DNA of 55,109 nt, counting the filler, from Dirinaria sp. TL-2023a (taxonomy: Eukaryota), in NCBI GenBank assembly GCA_051941275.1. It is 4 parts of 4 records of this genome, joined end to end, with 100 filler letters (N's around TTAATTAATTAA, not from the genome) between each part and the next. Parts side by side here need not be neighbours in the genome. Positions count along the whole stretch, not along the records: positions 1 to 13,743 come from JAVEBF010000661.1; positions 13,844 to 27,558 come from JAVEBF010000662.1; 2 more parts are not named here. The stretch is one strand, 5' to 3'. The notes below the pieces were generated by a model. That model was given only the letters and a program-made list of their open reading frames with translations. It searched no databases and was not told the origin of the DNA. Shown here one piece after another: positions 11,627 through 24,488 of this stretch (position 1 is the stretch's first letter; every line of letters begins with the position of its first letter). The position numbers were made by a program, and so were the translations under genes.

Positions 11627-13528
11627 ATGAGGAGAGCTCTGGGAACACTAATTGCGTTAGCAACGACCCTGTCGTGTACTTTAGCTAATGAATTAAAGAT
11701 CGTACGTTCCATTGCTTCCCGGAACAGAGGGCGCGATTGCTGAACCACTCACAGGATCAGAAAGACAGCAATAGGCAGCAATGCTCCGGCATGTACAGCA
11801 GAAAAGCCTGGGGAGGGGACACCGACCCTTTCGTGCTTACCAAGTTCATCAAGGCTACACCACCCGGCGACGAGGATCCTTTGGTTAGTCTGGTCGTTTT
11901 TGAATGGAGAGATGAGGACTACGTAGGGGTGTGGCCGACACCAGAATCCGCGACTGTAATCTCCCCCTATCTGGAATATTGGAATTCTAATTGACGGCTA
12001 CAAAGAAAGAATACATATGCACGGAAGAAAACGTTAAAGCGTCCTTCTGCAATTCGACACAAATCGGTGAATTTATACTGAGCTCTAATTCCTCGCAATC
12101 GCGGAATCCTATCATATCTCAAACCGTTCATCTGAAGGATCCTCAACCAGTCAACTACCCCATCTCAAGGACAGGATACTACTGTGTGGGCACGTATGGC
12201 TATTCTTCAGACGAGTACAAGGCGGCGGTGGAGTTTAGAAACGCCTACGGAGAACTTCCGGCTGCACAGATAGCAAAACTTCCGTTCTACGGAGGTCTGA
12301 CCATTACATATGCTGTTATCGCAATGTCTGTGTAATGAATCTCAGGTGCCAGAACTATCCACTGACGAAACATAGATTTTGGGGCTTTCTGTACGTACAG
12401 AACCGGCACGACATTTGTGGGTTTCCTTAAAAGACTTCGTTTGACAATTAATGCTGATGGGCCTTAGTACCTGTGCAAAATTACATCACAGCCATCATTG
12501 TCTTCCTGATCGTCGAGGAGCTGATGACATGGGGCTTTTATCGTAAGTTCCCAACGTGCGTTGATCTGAATATGTTTACTGATATGATCAAAGAATACTC
12601 CAACACGCATGGCAGCAACGTTCTTGCAAAGATCATGCTCATCATAGTCTCGGTCCTTAATGCTGGCCGAAATTCCTTTTCTTTCTTTCTCCTACTCATA
12701 GTCTGCATGGGCTATGGAGTCGTCAAGCCAAGCTTAGGGAAGACCATGGTCTACGTTCGCATCCTCGCAATTGTCCACTTCGTTTTTGGCGTAATATACG
12801 CCGTAGCGAGTCTCTCGATCACGCCAGATAACGCGGGACCTATTGTCCTCCTTGTCATTCTTCCTCTCGCAGCCACATTGACAGCCTTCTACGTCTGGAC
12901 ACTGAACTCCCTGAATCTTACGATGAAGGATTTACTTGAGCGAAAGCAAAGTGTCAAGGCCATGATGTACAAAAAGCTCTGGTGGTGCATCCTCGGCAGT
13001 ATTGTCGTCATCTTTGCTTTCTTCTTCTTCAACTCCTTTACATTCGCTGGACAGAAGGACCCCGATTTTGTGCCGGATCATTGGAAGACAAGGTGGTTCA
13101 TTCTCGACGGTTGGTTGAATCTGGTGTATCTGGCGGACATCGCATACATTGCCTATCTTTGGCGACCTACCGCCAACAACAGGCGATTTGCCATGAGCGA
13201 CGAGGTGTGTTTACTTTATTCCTCAGAATTGAATCTTTTACTAACGCCCTCGCAGCTAGCGCAAGATGACGAAGGTTTTGAGATCGCTTCATTTGGCGGC
13301 TCACTCGACGAAGAAGATGCTCGGTCACCAAACGACCAGACACTGAATGGTGGACCTGGGACACTATCTCCAGTCCCTCCGAAGCCCATCAACGAGCATG
13401 CCCGTCAAAGGCCTTCACTGGACGGCGAGACCATTTTTGCGGTAGGCGAAGACGGTGACAAGTGGTCTGATGACGAATCCCCTCGGAATTCCTCCGAACG
13501 GCAGAAATTGACGGGTAAGAGGGATTGA
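11627..13528 (+). CDS. PTM1: PTM1-like / LUSTR (GPR107/TMEM87 family) seven-TM Golgi protein, multi-exon
   Basis: Signal peptide MRRALGTLIALATTLSCTLA, lumenal domain (CSGMYSRKAWGG, TGYYCV, FRNAYGELPAAQ), TM block (LNAGRNSFSFFLLLIVCMGYGVVKP, YLWRPTANNRRFAMSDE). About 7 canonical introns link the ORF fragments. Confidence 0.88.
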
Positions 13529-13743
13529 AAGTTTACTCCGCATAGGGCTTGAAAATTGGAGTTTAGCATGGGTCTACAACTTTATTTCGAGAGAAGGAAT
13601 ACCTTGCATTTAGCCAGCGCGTTTGCTGGGGATTTTTCGATAGAAGCCATGAAATGTTTTGCCCAGCGCATATGCCACTAGAGCCCGTGTAGAGGGTGTA
13701 CAGCGATTTACATCGCATCTGAAGTTCCTTCATTTCTTGCCCT

Positions 13744-13843
13744 NNNNNNNNNNNNNNNNNNNNNNNNNNNNNNNNNNNNNNNNNNNNTTAATTAATTAAN
13801 NNNNNNNNNNNNNNNNNNNNNNNNNNNNNNNNNNNNNNNNNNN
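13744..13843. other. Artificial contig-joining linker N44-TTAATTAATTAA-N44
   Basis: Exactly 100 nt; the central 12-mer has stop codons in all six frames; identical to the linkers at 27559 and 41337. Confidence 0.97.
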
Positions 13844-13870
13844 GAGGAGGAGGAGGAGGAGGAGGAGGAG
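13844..13870 (+). repeat. (GAG)n trinucleotide microsatellite at contig start (poly-Ser on minus strand)
   Basis: Nine consecutive GAG units immediately after the N run. Confidence 0.9.
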
Positions 13871-15867
13871 GGAGAGGAAGGGGAAGAAGTGGAATTGGCC
13901 AGGGCCTTGATACGCTCGAGATACGATTCCAGCGCGAGCGCGTAATCGCTCGCGTTCAGTGCCAGCACGGGGCTCTCGAGGAGGTTGGCGGCCATCAACG
14001 CCCAGACCTGAGTGATCGCGACGTGGTATCTCCACCCCGGATCGCCGAAACGGTTCATCCAGGTCCAGGAATCGTAGTTGCTGTGGTAATGATACACGGG
14101 GCCGTTTTTGGTGCCTCGGAACCCCATGTCTATGCTCGGCACGCCAGCGAAGTCTTGGAAGGCGGTAAAATCCGAGCCCGAGCCAATGGTCCTGATAGAG
14201 CCGTCCCAGACATCGCCGACCGTTTGCCCGGGCACGGTCTGGTTCGGGGACGGGACCAGGCTGGCGGCGGTAGATAGGGCTTGACGGAGCAAGGGGCTGG
14301 CGGCGGGATCGAGGTGCGGTCCCCGCGCGCCGCTATCGACGTTGAGGTAGGCGATTGCCGAGCCCGACAGCCAGGGCAGGTATTCCTCCACCCATTCCGT
14401 CGACCCGAGCAGCCCGTATTCTTCCCCGTCCCAGCTTGCGAAGACAATTGTCCGCAGAGGTTTCCATCCGCGGGACAGCGCGATCCCGAAAGAGCGGACA
14501 ACCTCGTTCAATGCTGCGGAACCCGAATGCGGGTCTACGGCACCGCCAGCGCTCCAGGCGTCGCGGTGGTTGCCTATTACCAGGACTTCGTTGGGCAGCG
14601 TGCCGTTGATGATACCAATGACATCCCACAGGGGCGTGGTGGTGTAAGACACCTCATTGACGAGATTCAGAGCCGTATTCGGAGGCGAGGGGCCGATGTT
14701 GTAGTTGACGCCTTTGTAGGAAAGACCACCGCCCTGCCAGTACTCATTGAACGATGAGGCTGCTGGGCCGTGGCCGTTCAAGGCGCGGAGGAGGGGCAGC
14801 GCGTCGGCGTAGGAGATGGGCAGGGAGGGGATGCGAGGGGTGGCAAAATACGGATCCTCTCGCGGGGCGCCAGGCTTCGATGGGTATCCGGGGGTTGTAG
14901 GGTCGCCAGGCAGCATGCTGAGGAATTGAACGCTCCCCTTTTGGACGCTGCTTGGGTTCCTGGCGGGGCCGTCAGGGTATGCTTTGTACCCGTTCAGCTC
15001 GGTGGTCTCGCCGTCCTCTTGCGGGTCTGTGAAGAGGACCACGCCAACCATGCCCAGTTCTTGGGCGCGCTTGATTTTCAGCCCGCGGAAGACGCGCCCG
15101 TATTTAGCAATAGCAATCTTGCCTTCGAGGCTGATATTCGCGGCGACGAGGTCGGCAAAGTCCCAATACGTCCCAAAATTGACGAAAACGTATTGCGCCG
15201 TCACATCGCCGTTGGCCGAGTAGCCATGGAAGGTCGGTATACGGTCCTCGAGCCCTGTGGTTGGATCTCCATCGAGGACGTCCTCCTCGAGACTGCATTC
15301 GTATCTGACCACATATTCGTCCGAGTAAGTCGGTGCAACTTCTCCCCCGTCCCAGGATCCCATGCTCGTATTATTCTCTTTCTCCAAAAGCGCCAATCGA
15401 TGCCCCACAGGATAATTGATATACACGTCATAAGCCGCAATGCCAGCATTGCTAACGCCCCATTCCTGCCATCTCTCCCTTGTCCAAAGCGCCTGGCTCA
15501 GGTTCTTGCCCACAAGATGCGGCCCGGAGGAGTAATACTCGCTCCATTCCCGTGCTTTATCCGCCGACGGCGATTCCAGAAGTATCTGCTGCAGGTTTTC
15601 GTACGTGATCCCCTGGCTCTGCGGCCATGAGCTGTGTGGCAAGGGTGAAGATAAGAGGTGGTAGGAGAAAAGTTTATCGTTGGAGTGTTCACTACCGCCG
15701 TGGAATGGGAGCCAGCTGACCGGTATGAGGAAGAGTATCAGGACTACTATAACGGTGATGGTGAGGCAGATGGTGCAAAAGCGTCGGAGGGTGCTGTGGG
15801 TATAGCGCTCTCGCTGATGGCCGACAACGACTGTGGTTATGAGAGGGGTGCGTTCGTTGGCGGACAT
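13844..15867 (-). CDS. Glutamate carboxypeptidase II / transferrin-receptor-like M28B peptidase (Tre/Vps70-like), 3'-truncated at contig edge
   Basis: Type II TM after MSANERTPLI; PA domain (FHGYSANGDVTAQYVFVNFG, YGRVFRGLK); M28 motifs GNHRDAW, GAVDPHSGSA, SWDGEEYGLLGSTEW, YLNVD, GSGSDF, YHYHSNYD. The ORF runs into a (GAG)n repeat and the linker before the TfR dimerisation domain. Confidence 0.9.
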
Positions 15868-17338
15868 GTTCGGGGATCTGCCAGCTGTGGATGTGGGGCA
15901 GTCATCAAGTTTGCATCTTAAGTAAAGGTATACCACTGATAGTCTGATGCAATGAGAAAGGACTAAGAGTTAATTAGCATTTGAGCTTGTATATTAAATT
16001 TAGCAGAGCAAAAGTCGCCCCTCGTGCAGTCATAACGTGGGGCAGCCGGTAAGGTAGTTGTTCAATACCTGACCTACCTTAGGGTTGTTTACAAAATACC
16101 CTAGACCGTGATAAGTTATCATTGTACATAGTAAGGAAGGAGGGAAGGTAAGGAGGTATAATTCTAAGACTGCATGGCAATATCCGTCATGCAAATGGAA
16201 GCCCGTTTCACTTTGATTGAGAGACAAGTGGACTAGAGTTTTCAAGTTTCCTTCGTTCCATCTCCCTCTCCTACTCTCTACGGTCGGCGATGAGGATCAT
16301 CTGTACGTGGTGCCGGCTACGAACCTATTGCAATGTCAATAGAGTCAAGTATCCTCCTTTCTGTTGACGATGAGAGCATAGTGAGAGCAGTGTGTTCTCG
16401 TGATGACAACTGTGGTCTGATCTGTTGCACGCGTCTGAACTCGAAATTCGCGTCGTCAACGTCGATTGTGTCAGGACCTGCACAGCGCTCATAGGCATAT
16501 GGGTACTAGTAGACTAGGACACTATCTATGAGGAAGAAAAGAAGAAAAGAGCCAGAAGAAGAAGAAGTATAGGTACAGGAGGTGCAAGCAACAAATAGGG
16601 GGTCGGGTATGCAGGTAACGCGCCTAGAAGGTTATAGAGCAAAACCAGGGTCCTCCAAGGCAGGCACGTGACCACACATAGGTGCTTCCAGGTCAGGTTC
16701 ATGACAACAAAGATGTTAATAGATCGAGAAAGTGTTTCAGTTCTTGAGATTGTTTCTTTACTTGTCGTCACAGCATCAATCACGAGTATCGAAACGCTTC
16801 TCTGAAGCGACAGAGAAGACGTCGATTAGAGAATCGAGACGATTGTGTCGAAGAAAGTCACTCATTAGAATATTGTTATCACAGAGAGATTATAGATAGA
16901 TTGTTGATGATCGCATAGCTAATCCTGATTGAGGACGGGCTCCGAGTGCCTAATGAAGTAATCAATCAATCAATCAATCCTACTCTCTACTTCTACCGCC
17001 ATTCGTCGCACTCATCCATCCACAAAGCTACATCCTCTTTCCACACTCCTGCCTTACTTTTCCTCCTTCCTTGCGAGGACATGGCAGATATCATATATCT
17101 GTGTCCTGCCTTGACAGTTTCGAGGCTGGCCAAGCAGTATGCTTGAGCCTCGTTTGTCGATCCACATCACCTCCCCAACAGCTTCTCGCCTCCCTGGTAA
17201 GGGTGCTGTGTGTTTTGTCTACACGCCATCGGTTCGGCTAAGTGGTCATCCAAAGACCAGTTCAGATGAGGATTTTTTTTCTTTTTTGGAAAATAGTGAC
17301 TGAACTCAAAAGGAAATTATGCCACTCCTCCAATTCAC

Positions 17339-18218
17339 CTATCGACGTCTCCTCGTGTCAACAGGAGCGCGAGATCGGGGCTGGATCGTCTTGTAGCGGG
17401 GCTCTTCGTCACTCTCACTCTCACTGTCGGTACCGGAGCATGCAGACGAGCTATCGTCGCTGTAACCACATCGGCTGCCACCGCAGTCGAGCTTGACGCG
17501 GTCGCCTTTCCTGGTCACACCATAGCGGTTGCAGCGGCAAGAGCCGCATGATCGGTCACTGAGCGAGGACAGCGAAGATGGAGAGCTGCGGTCTGAGCTT
17601 CGGCTGGACAGGCTGGAGCCAACGGACGATGGTGGGCTGACGTTGCGCATTTTGCTGCTGTAAAGCGACGTCTGTTCCAGTTGGCTGGCCAGATCGTCCA
17701 TTCGTGGAGAGGTGCTGTAGTCAGCTTCGCGAAGGCCTCGGGACGCATACGGTTTTGATGGCTTTGGGTGTGCAATCCTGGACGGGGATATCCCACGGCC
17801 CGTGGGGATGTCGCAACCTTGGGTGGAGCCACGCTTGTTGATACTCAGAGTTGAGGCTAGGGAGGCGCCGGACTTGGGTACATCGAGGATGTTCAGCGAG
17901 CGACCCGTGGTGGGTTCTTTGGTGTGGGGCTGTGCTGGGTCGTGAGAGACGTGGTAACCATCCATGATATACTATCAAATACATCAGTAAATGTCACTAA
18001 AAAAAAGACCGTGGTGGTAGCCTTACGTAGTACCAGTAGCGCTGGCCAGGCTTGAGAGTCGAGCTGGAAAAGCGGAAAACTCCCTTCCATCCTCCAGCCT
18101 TGGAAGAGTCCTTGGAGAGGGGAAGTTGACCTTTATAGCCGTCCCATGAGCCGAGGAGGTGGGCGGTCTTGACGTTGGAAGAGGTGCGGAGGGTGAAGGA
18201 CAATTGAGTTGCAGACAT
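17339..18218 (-). CDS. esdC: EsdC-like protein (AMPK-beta/CBM48-type glycogen-binding domain; early sexual development), 2 exons
   Basis: Intron 18026-17972 joins FTLRTSSNVKTAHLLGSWDGY...RYWYY to YIMDGYHVSHDP...EPTTGRSLNILDVP; Ser-rich region, then the Cys motif CRCNRYGVTRKGDRVKLDCGGSRCG, which I recognise from EsdC-type proteins. Confidence 0.82.
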
Positions 18219-19776
18219 TATTACTGTGGGGTATGATTAAGGGGGTAATTGGTAATTGGTAATTGGTGAAAAGTCTCGCTGGTGGAATTGGCGGTAACGC
18301 GAGGTATGGGGATGGCAAACGCCGGAAGCTGTTTGTGTCGAGAAACAGGACTGACTGGACAAAAAAGCTATATTGACGAACTACAAGGCTGCCAGAGCTA
18401 CTCGTAGGACTTCGACGTTTTTTTCAGAGGAAATAAGAACAATTGGGTAAACAAGAGCCACGGCTTGCCACGAAAAAAGACCAGGCAAAAGACGTAAGCG
18501 CGAGCGAGCAGAGAGTCCTTGAGCTATGGAACGAGGTCGACCGGCGACAACGAGGTTGTTGGAATTAGCAAAAAAGGTGCGTTAAGGCAAAAAACAACAA
18601 AGAGCACAGCTCTGAGTGGAGAAAGGACGCAAAAAGCACGAATTGCTAAGGATAGCTCAAGGAAATTGAAGGAGGACTTTTGCTGCTGCTGGAGAAAGGA
18701 AAAAAAGAGAGAAGGGAGAGAGGTAGGCGCCTTCTTTATCTTTAGAGCAGAGAGGCTACCATGATTGGGGAGGAGGAGGCGGGGGAGAGCGCTGAATGGA
18801 TACGGTCGATGACATGCATAGCGTCGTTGATGGGCCTCTGCAGACTACGGTAGCTAGAGGGAGGTTAGTCGAGGTTAGGGTCGACTAGAAGATCATCGGG
18901 ATTCGAGTGGGCGCTTAGAGACTTGGAGAGGTGGATGGAAGCTTGTCAGTCTGTGAACGAATGGCATGACTTTATGCCGCTCTAGCCCAATCTTGCATTA
19001 GAGTAATGCATTGTGATTCGAATCCCGAGGCTCGCTTAGAAAACTGTACAGCACAGTATTACTGTCAGTAGTCAGTACAGACACAGTAGAACACAGTAGC
19101 TAGTAAGGTACCTCGGCAAGTTCGGCACGGTAGACTGCATCCCTTGGCAATTAAAGCCAAGATCCCATGTTCACTCTCACCAATCACACCAACCTGCGAC
19201 CAGGCAGCCACTGAGAGTCGGCGGTTAGAGACTTACTAGAGGACACGCACATACCTTGCCCGACTGGACTTTCCATCACCACAATCTCAAAAAGGCAGAC
19301 GAGGCTGACAAGCAAACTTCAATATTGTCCGAGGTAAGTACATACACTCAATACTACGATCAACCGCTTTGGTACACACACACCACCGTGCTCATGCCTG
19401 CCAATTCCGCGGCTTCAACCAGCAATCACGGCACCACCGTTCCACATTACGCTATCCTATTGCGGATGTAATCGTAGTAAAGTAGGTTAGGTACCTTATC
19501 TTACCCTGTCAAAGTACAAGTACAAGTACATTCGAAAGCATGCATCATTTTTGCAGCTGATCGCTGTTCCTACCCTTGCGCCTCGCATGCTTCATGCATG
19601 CCTTTGTAAACCTATCACACCTCCCCCGGCGCCGTCGCAGTGCTATTTTTGACGAGATGCTTCCTCGAGGTGGGAAGATGGGAAACCCAGATCAGGACGG
19701 AAGCTTCGTCCCATGGGAGCGATGTGGGATGAAGCGATGTAGGATGATGTATTCATCCAGCTGACCAGAAGCCAGC

Positions 19777-22700
19777 CTATCGGACCGTGACGCCCGACCG
19801 CTTGGTGTAGAGCCTCGTGGCGATGTTCATCGACTGCAGCTCTTGGAAGAGTAGTTTGGCCGCATAGGGCATGTGCACTTGCGAGATCCGCGTCTTGTTC
19901 TTGCACGGCCGGCACTCGAACGTCTTCTTGGTGAGATTCCTGCAGATGGAGTCAGCAATTGTAGAGGCAAACTTCCGCCTAGGCTCGACTGCACGTACAC
20001 GATGGGGGTCATCAGCCCACAGATGTCGCAAACGTGCACTCGGTACGCGTCCGACACTTCAAAGAGCCGCTCTTTCAAGAAGGCACTGGCTCCGTGGGCG
20101 ATCATACAATCGCGCTCCATCTCCCCGAAGCGGAGGCCTCCGTCGCGGGCTCGCCCTTCCACCGGCTGTCTGGTCAGGATCTGCAACGGCCCTCTAGCCC
20201 GTGCATGGATCTTGTCGTCCACCATGTGCCGTAGCCGCTGGTAGTACGTCGGTCCTAGGAACACCTGCGCAACGAGCTTCCGCCCAGTGTGCCCGTTGTA
20301 CATCACTTCAAACCCCCGCGATTGATAGCCGTGTTCGCGCAGCAGGCTAGAGACCGAGTCGACCGTCACTTCGGTGAAGGGAGTAGCATCGCCTTCAAAG
20401 CCACGCAGGGAAGAAACCTTACTTAGTTGGCACTCGATCAAGTGAGCGATCGTCATTCGCGAAGGGATAGCGTGAGGGTTGATGATGAGATCCGGTACTA
20501 TGCCCTCACTCGTGAATGGCATGTCTTCCTGGCGATATGTAATGCCGATCGTGCCTTTCTGGCCATGCCGTGACGCAAACTTGTCCCCGATTTGTGGGAT
20601 TTTGGTCGTCCGCATCCGAACCTTGACAAACCGCAAGCCTTCGGAGTTGACGGTCAGGAGTACCTGGTCCACTAGCCCGCTTTCAGTACTCCGCAGAGGC
20701 GTAGAGGCATCTCGTTTGTTGTGCAGCTTTGTGCGTTGACCAAGCTCTTCAGCATCTGGTGCGATAGGTGCGGTCTTCCCAATGATGATGTCTTCGCCAG
20801 ACACCCGAGCTCCAGGAATGATGATACCATCAGTGGCATCCAATTTGTCATATGTCCCGTGCTTCAGCTTCAATGTATCGCTACGGTCAGGTTTTTCAAA
20901 CTGCTCCATTGTATACATGCCGATCTTCTTCTCTTGGTCCGTATAGGATCGATAGAAAAGACTTCGGAACAAGCCGCGGTCGATACTGCTCTGGTTCATG
21001 ATAACCGAATCTTCCTGGTTGTAGCCAGAATAGCAAGCGATGGCAACGATGGCATTTTGACCCGCCGGCAGCTCTCGAAATTTGAGGAACTCCATGGATC
21101 TTGTTGTTGCTAGAGGCTTCTGCGGATAGTAAAGTATGTGCGACATAGTCTCCATACGTTGGTCAAAGTTAGTAAGAAATACGCCCATTGCTTGCTTGCC
21201 CATAGCAGATTGGTACGTATTTCGTGGTGACTAGACCCACAATTAGCACGGATTGTCAGAAAAGGGCTTGTAACATACTTGATTGTGATCTGGGAATGGA
21301 ATAATGCTTGCACATATTCCCAAAATCATACTGGGGTGGATCTCACAATGAGTCCAAGTGTGGGCTGTTGGATTAACCGGTGCCTTGACACGACGATTGG
21401 GGTCATGATCGTCTGCTTCCGGCAGCACGTAGCCCGCTTGAATTTGTCTCGAGACGTTGAGATCATACGGAGTCATGACTATCATGATGGTTTCCTCCTC
21501 TTCCGCATCAACATACTCAACAACGCCTTCGTTTATAAGGCCATGCCAGCCAAAAGTGAGTTGTTCGCGCTCTTCTTTGTCCATGTCGAGGGGAACGTCC
21601 CGATCGGCCTCTAAACGCTCGATATGATCCTTGGTTAGGACGAGGTTGCCATGGTTTGGCAACTTGGGATCATCGCCAATAACGAACAGAGGCCGGAGGA
21701 CGCGTCCCTGGTCTGTGAGAATTTTGAATTCCCGGTCTCGGATGTCGCGGACCAAGCTAACTTCGTGCTCGATGAAGTGTCTTCGCCTTAGAGATTGTAC
21801 TGCGCCCACGAGTTGCGCTGGTTTCCGATGGACACCGACCCATACCCCGTTCACGAATATTTTGGTCGCGTGCGGCGACGCAAGGGGATCGTATTCCTCT
21901 AGAGGCTCCATTTGCCGAGAGAGTAGAAACTCTACGATTCCTTCTGAGGGCGTGCCAACAGAAACGTAGCACATCAGAGCCAAGTTCTTCACAAGCCCAC
22001 AGGCTTGCCCTTCCGGGGTTTCGGCAGGGCAAACCAGGCCCCAGTGCGTATTGTGCAATTGCCGAGGCTTAGCTATTTTTCCGTCGCGTCCGATGGGAGT
22101 GTTTGTGCGTCTTAGATGAGACAATGTGGAGGCGAAGGTGAACCGGTTAAGCACCTGAGATACACCAGCTTTCGACGATGATGCCTTCTTCTGCTCGCCC
22201 CAATTCCCTGTAGCAAGAGAATATTTGAGGCCATTAGTTATGGTTGTTGACTTAACGCCCAGTGTCAAGTTAAACTCTCGATTGTTTTCAATGCAGTTCT
22301 TGAGGTATTTTTCAACGTCCTTGTTCAGCTTGTTGAACAGCGTCCGGAAAAGACCAGCAAGGAGAGGTCCAGCGAGGTCAAGCCGCTTTTTGCCAAAATG
22401 ATCTCGATCATCGACTTCTCTTCGACCAAGCGCGCACTGTAGTAGTCGATGTATCATATAGCCAAGGAAAAAAGCCTTCTTCGTCTCATTGCCTGGCTGC
22501 TGCGACACATGTGGTAAAAGCTCCTTGGTCATGATGTCGTTTGCAAATTTGACTCGTTTCTGGCGACCCATGAATTTTTGGTTACCGCGTTTAGCAATGA
22601 AATCGAGCGCATCTTCGCGGTCCTGTATCACGAACGCTTCTTGGACACACGGTCTTAGCATTTCAAGCATCTCAGTGTCGTTACGGTCGAAGCAGATATG

Positions 22701-23684
22701 GTTCAAGATGTCCTCGTCCGATACAACACCGAGGGCTCGAAAGACGACGGCAATGGGTATGTCTGACTTTACATATGGCAAGGTGACTTTGATAGTAGCG
22801 CCAATACCGCTCTTTGCAGCTTCGCTCTGCTTGCATAGTTTTACTTGTAAGCTTGAGATGAGCCTCGAACCCTTTTCAAGAGCACTTCGTATCTCGGCAA
22901 CGTAAGGCGTTGGGGTTGGATTTGCCTTCTTGAAGACCTGTACGATGTTTGCAGCGCTCCGCTCTTGAGCGATCAAGACCTTTTCACTGCCGTTGATGAT
23001 AAAGTATCCTCCTTGGTCGTAAGGGCATTCTTTCCAGTTGTACAGTTCCTGTTCCTTCAGCCCCCGCAGATGACAATATTTCGCCTTCAGCATCATGGGT
23101 ATCTTTCCGAGAAAGACACTGACCCCTCGCTCGTTCCCGTGTTCATCTTTTTCCGGCTCGTCTTCAACCTCCCACTCCAGATACGTCCCACCACCTTGCT
23201 TTTCACCCTCTGCTCCCTCACCAAACTCATCGGCCGGCGCATCCAATTGGTTGGGATCGGCTACGCGCTCTCTTGCGACGGAGACCTTTTTGATCATTTG
23301 AACGAAGATCGGGGCGGAATAGGTAAGATTGCGCTGACGGGCCTCGTTAGGTAGCATGTAGCTAGTGCTGCCGTCGCCTTCCGTCATGGATGGCTTTGAC
23401 AAGACCAGTCTTGTGAATTTAATCTCATACCGGCGCACAACTATTGGGTCGGCATCGTCCGAAGGAGGAGACTTGTGGTCAACTGTGATGGTGGAGTTGG
23501 CATCCACAATCTCCTGCATCGAGTTGATCATGAAGTCATCGAATGAATCGATTTGCTGCGACACGAGGCCCTTGCTGTCAAAGAAGGCCGAGATGACCTG
23601 CCAGCAGTCCTCGGTCGTGATGCCCTCGTCATCTTCTTCTTCGTCCAAGTATGCATCATCGTAGTTCGGATCATAGCTGGCCAT
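19777..23684 (-). CDS. RPB2: RNA polymerase II second-largest subunit, 3 exons (introns 21278-21231 and 19998-19940)
   Basis: [101 protein letters not shown]-terminal Zn ribbon. Confidence 0.98.
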
Positions 23685-24488
23685 GTTCCTGATCGCTGAC
23701 TCCCCAGCAAGTTCACCAGACGTGGCCGCGTTCTGACGCTTGCCTCAGATCAAGGGGCGCAAAACAGGAGTCACCGACGCGCTGAAGCCGAACTCAGTGC
23801 TCGTGAGTCATGTAGACTTCAGAGCAACAGGCACACATCTCTGACCCAGCTTGCTGTGTGATAGGATGCGCAAGCAACTCGATTCTATTGTGTGTCAAGA
23901 CAAGAGAGTGAGGGCAGAAGTGAAATGACCTGGTGAACTTTGATGAACAAGGGAGTCTGACACTTTTTCGAAGGCCTCGGAAGGCCCATTAGCGTCTCTC
24001 GCATTAATATTACTCCGATCCGCCACCATGCCGGAAAACGTTAGAATGGCCTTAACTCAAAAGGGAGCCGAAGCACTGACATTTCGATAGAACAGGAACC
24101 TCCATCCTACCCATGCTTGGCCAAACAGCCGGATCTATGCTTTTCATCGAATAGCAACTCGATCCCATGCTGTCGTCCAAGTGTGATGACATGGGCAAGC
24201 TGTTGCCGCAAGCCGTACTGGCCATTAGAGCACAGAAGCACTGATAGTCTGGTACCGCTTCGCACCGAAGCGGTTGAATGCGGCATTCTTAATCCCGGTT
24301 GAGTTTTTCATCCCGCAGCTGAGTCACATTCGGTGGTTTGTGGCTATCGCTATGCCTTTGGAACTTGAACTTGGCTCAAGAGCCTTCTCGAGCTGGTTAA
24401 AGTGCGAAAACACTGGCAACCAGTGCACTGCGGAGTGCACTTCGGAGTGCCCACCTACGTAAGGTAGTGTTCCTTTTTTGAAGCAACA

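Noticed and set aside
13788..13799. TTAATTAATTAA repeated three times at ~13.8-kb spacing as a biological periodic element
   Set aside because: Always centred in exactly 44+44 N; this is a six-frame-stop assembly linker.
14023..15630. Long antisense ORFs over the M28 peptidase (also over RNR1, the TBC gene and the repeat protein)
   Set aside because: Shadow ORFs expected opposite GC-rich coding sequence.
18896..19035. tRNA T-arm-like TTCGAATCCC and a 10-bp inverted repeat (CGGGATTCGA / TCGAATCCCG)
   Set aside because: I could not build an acceptor stem, D arm or anticodon arm; the repeat is too short to call a MITE.
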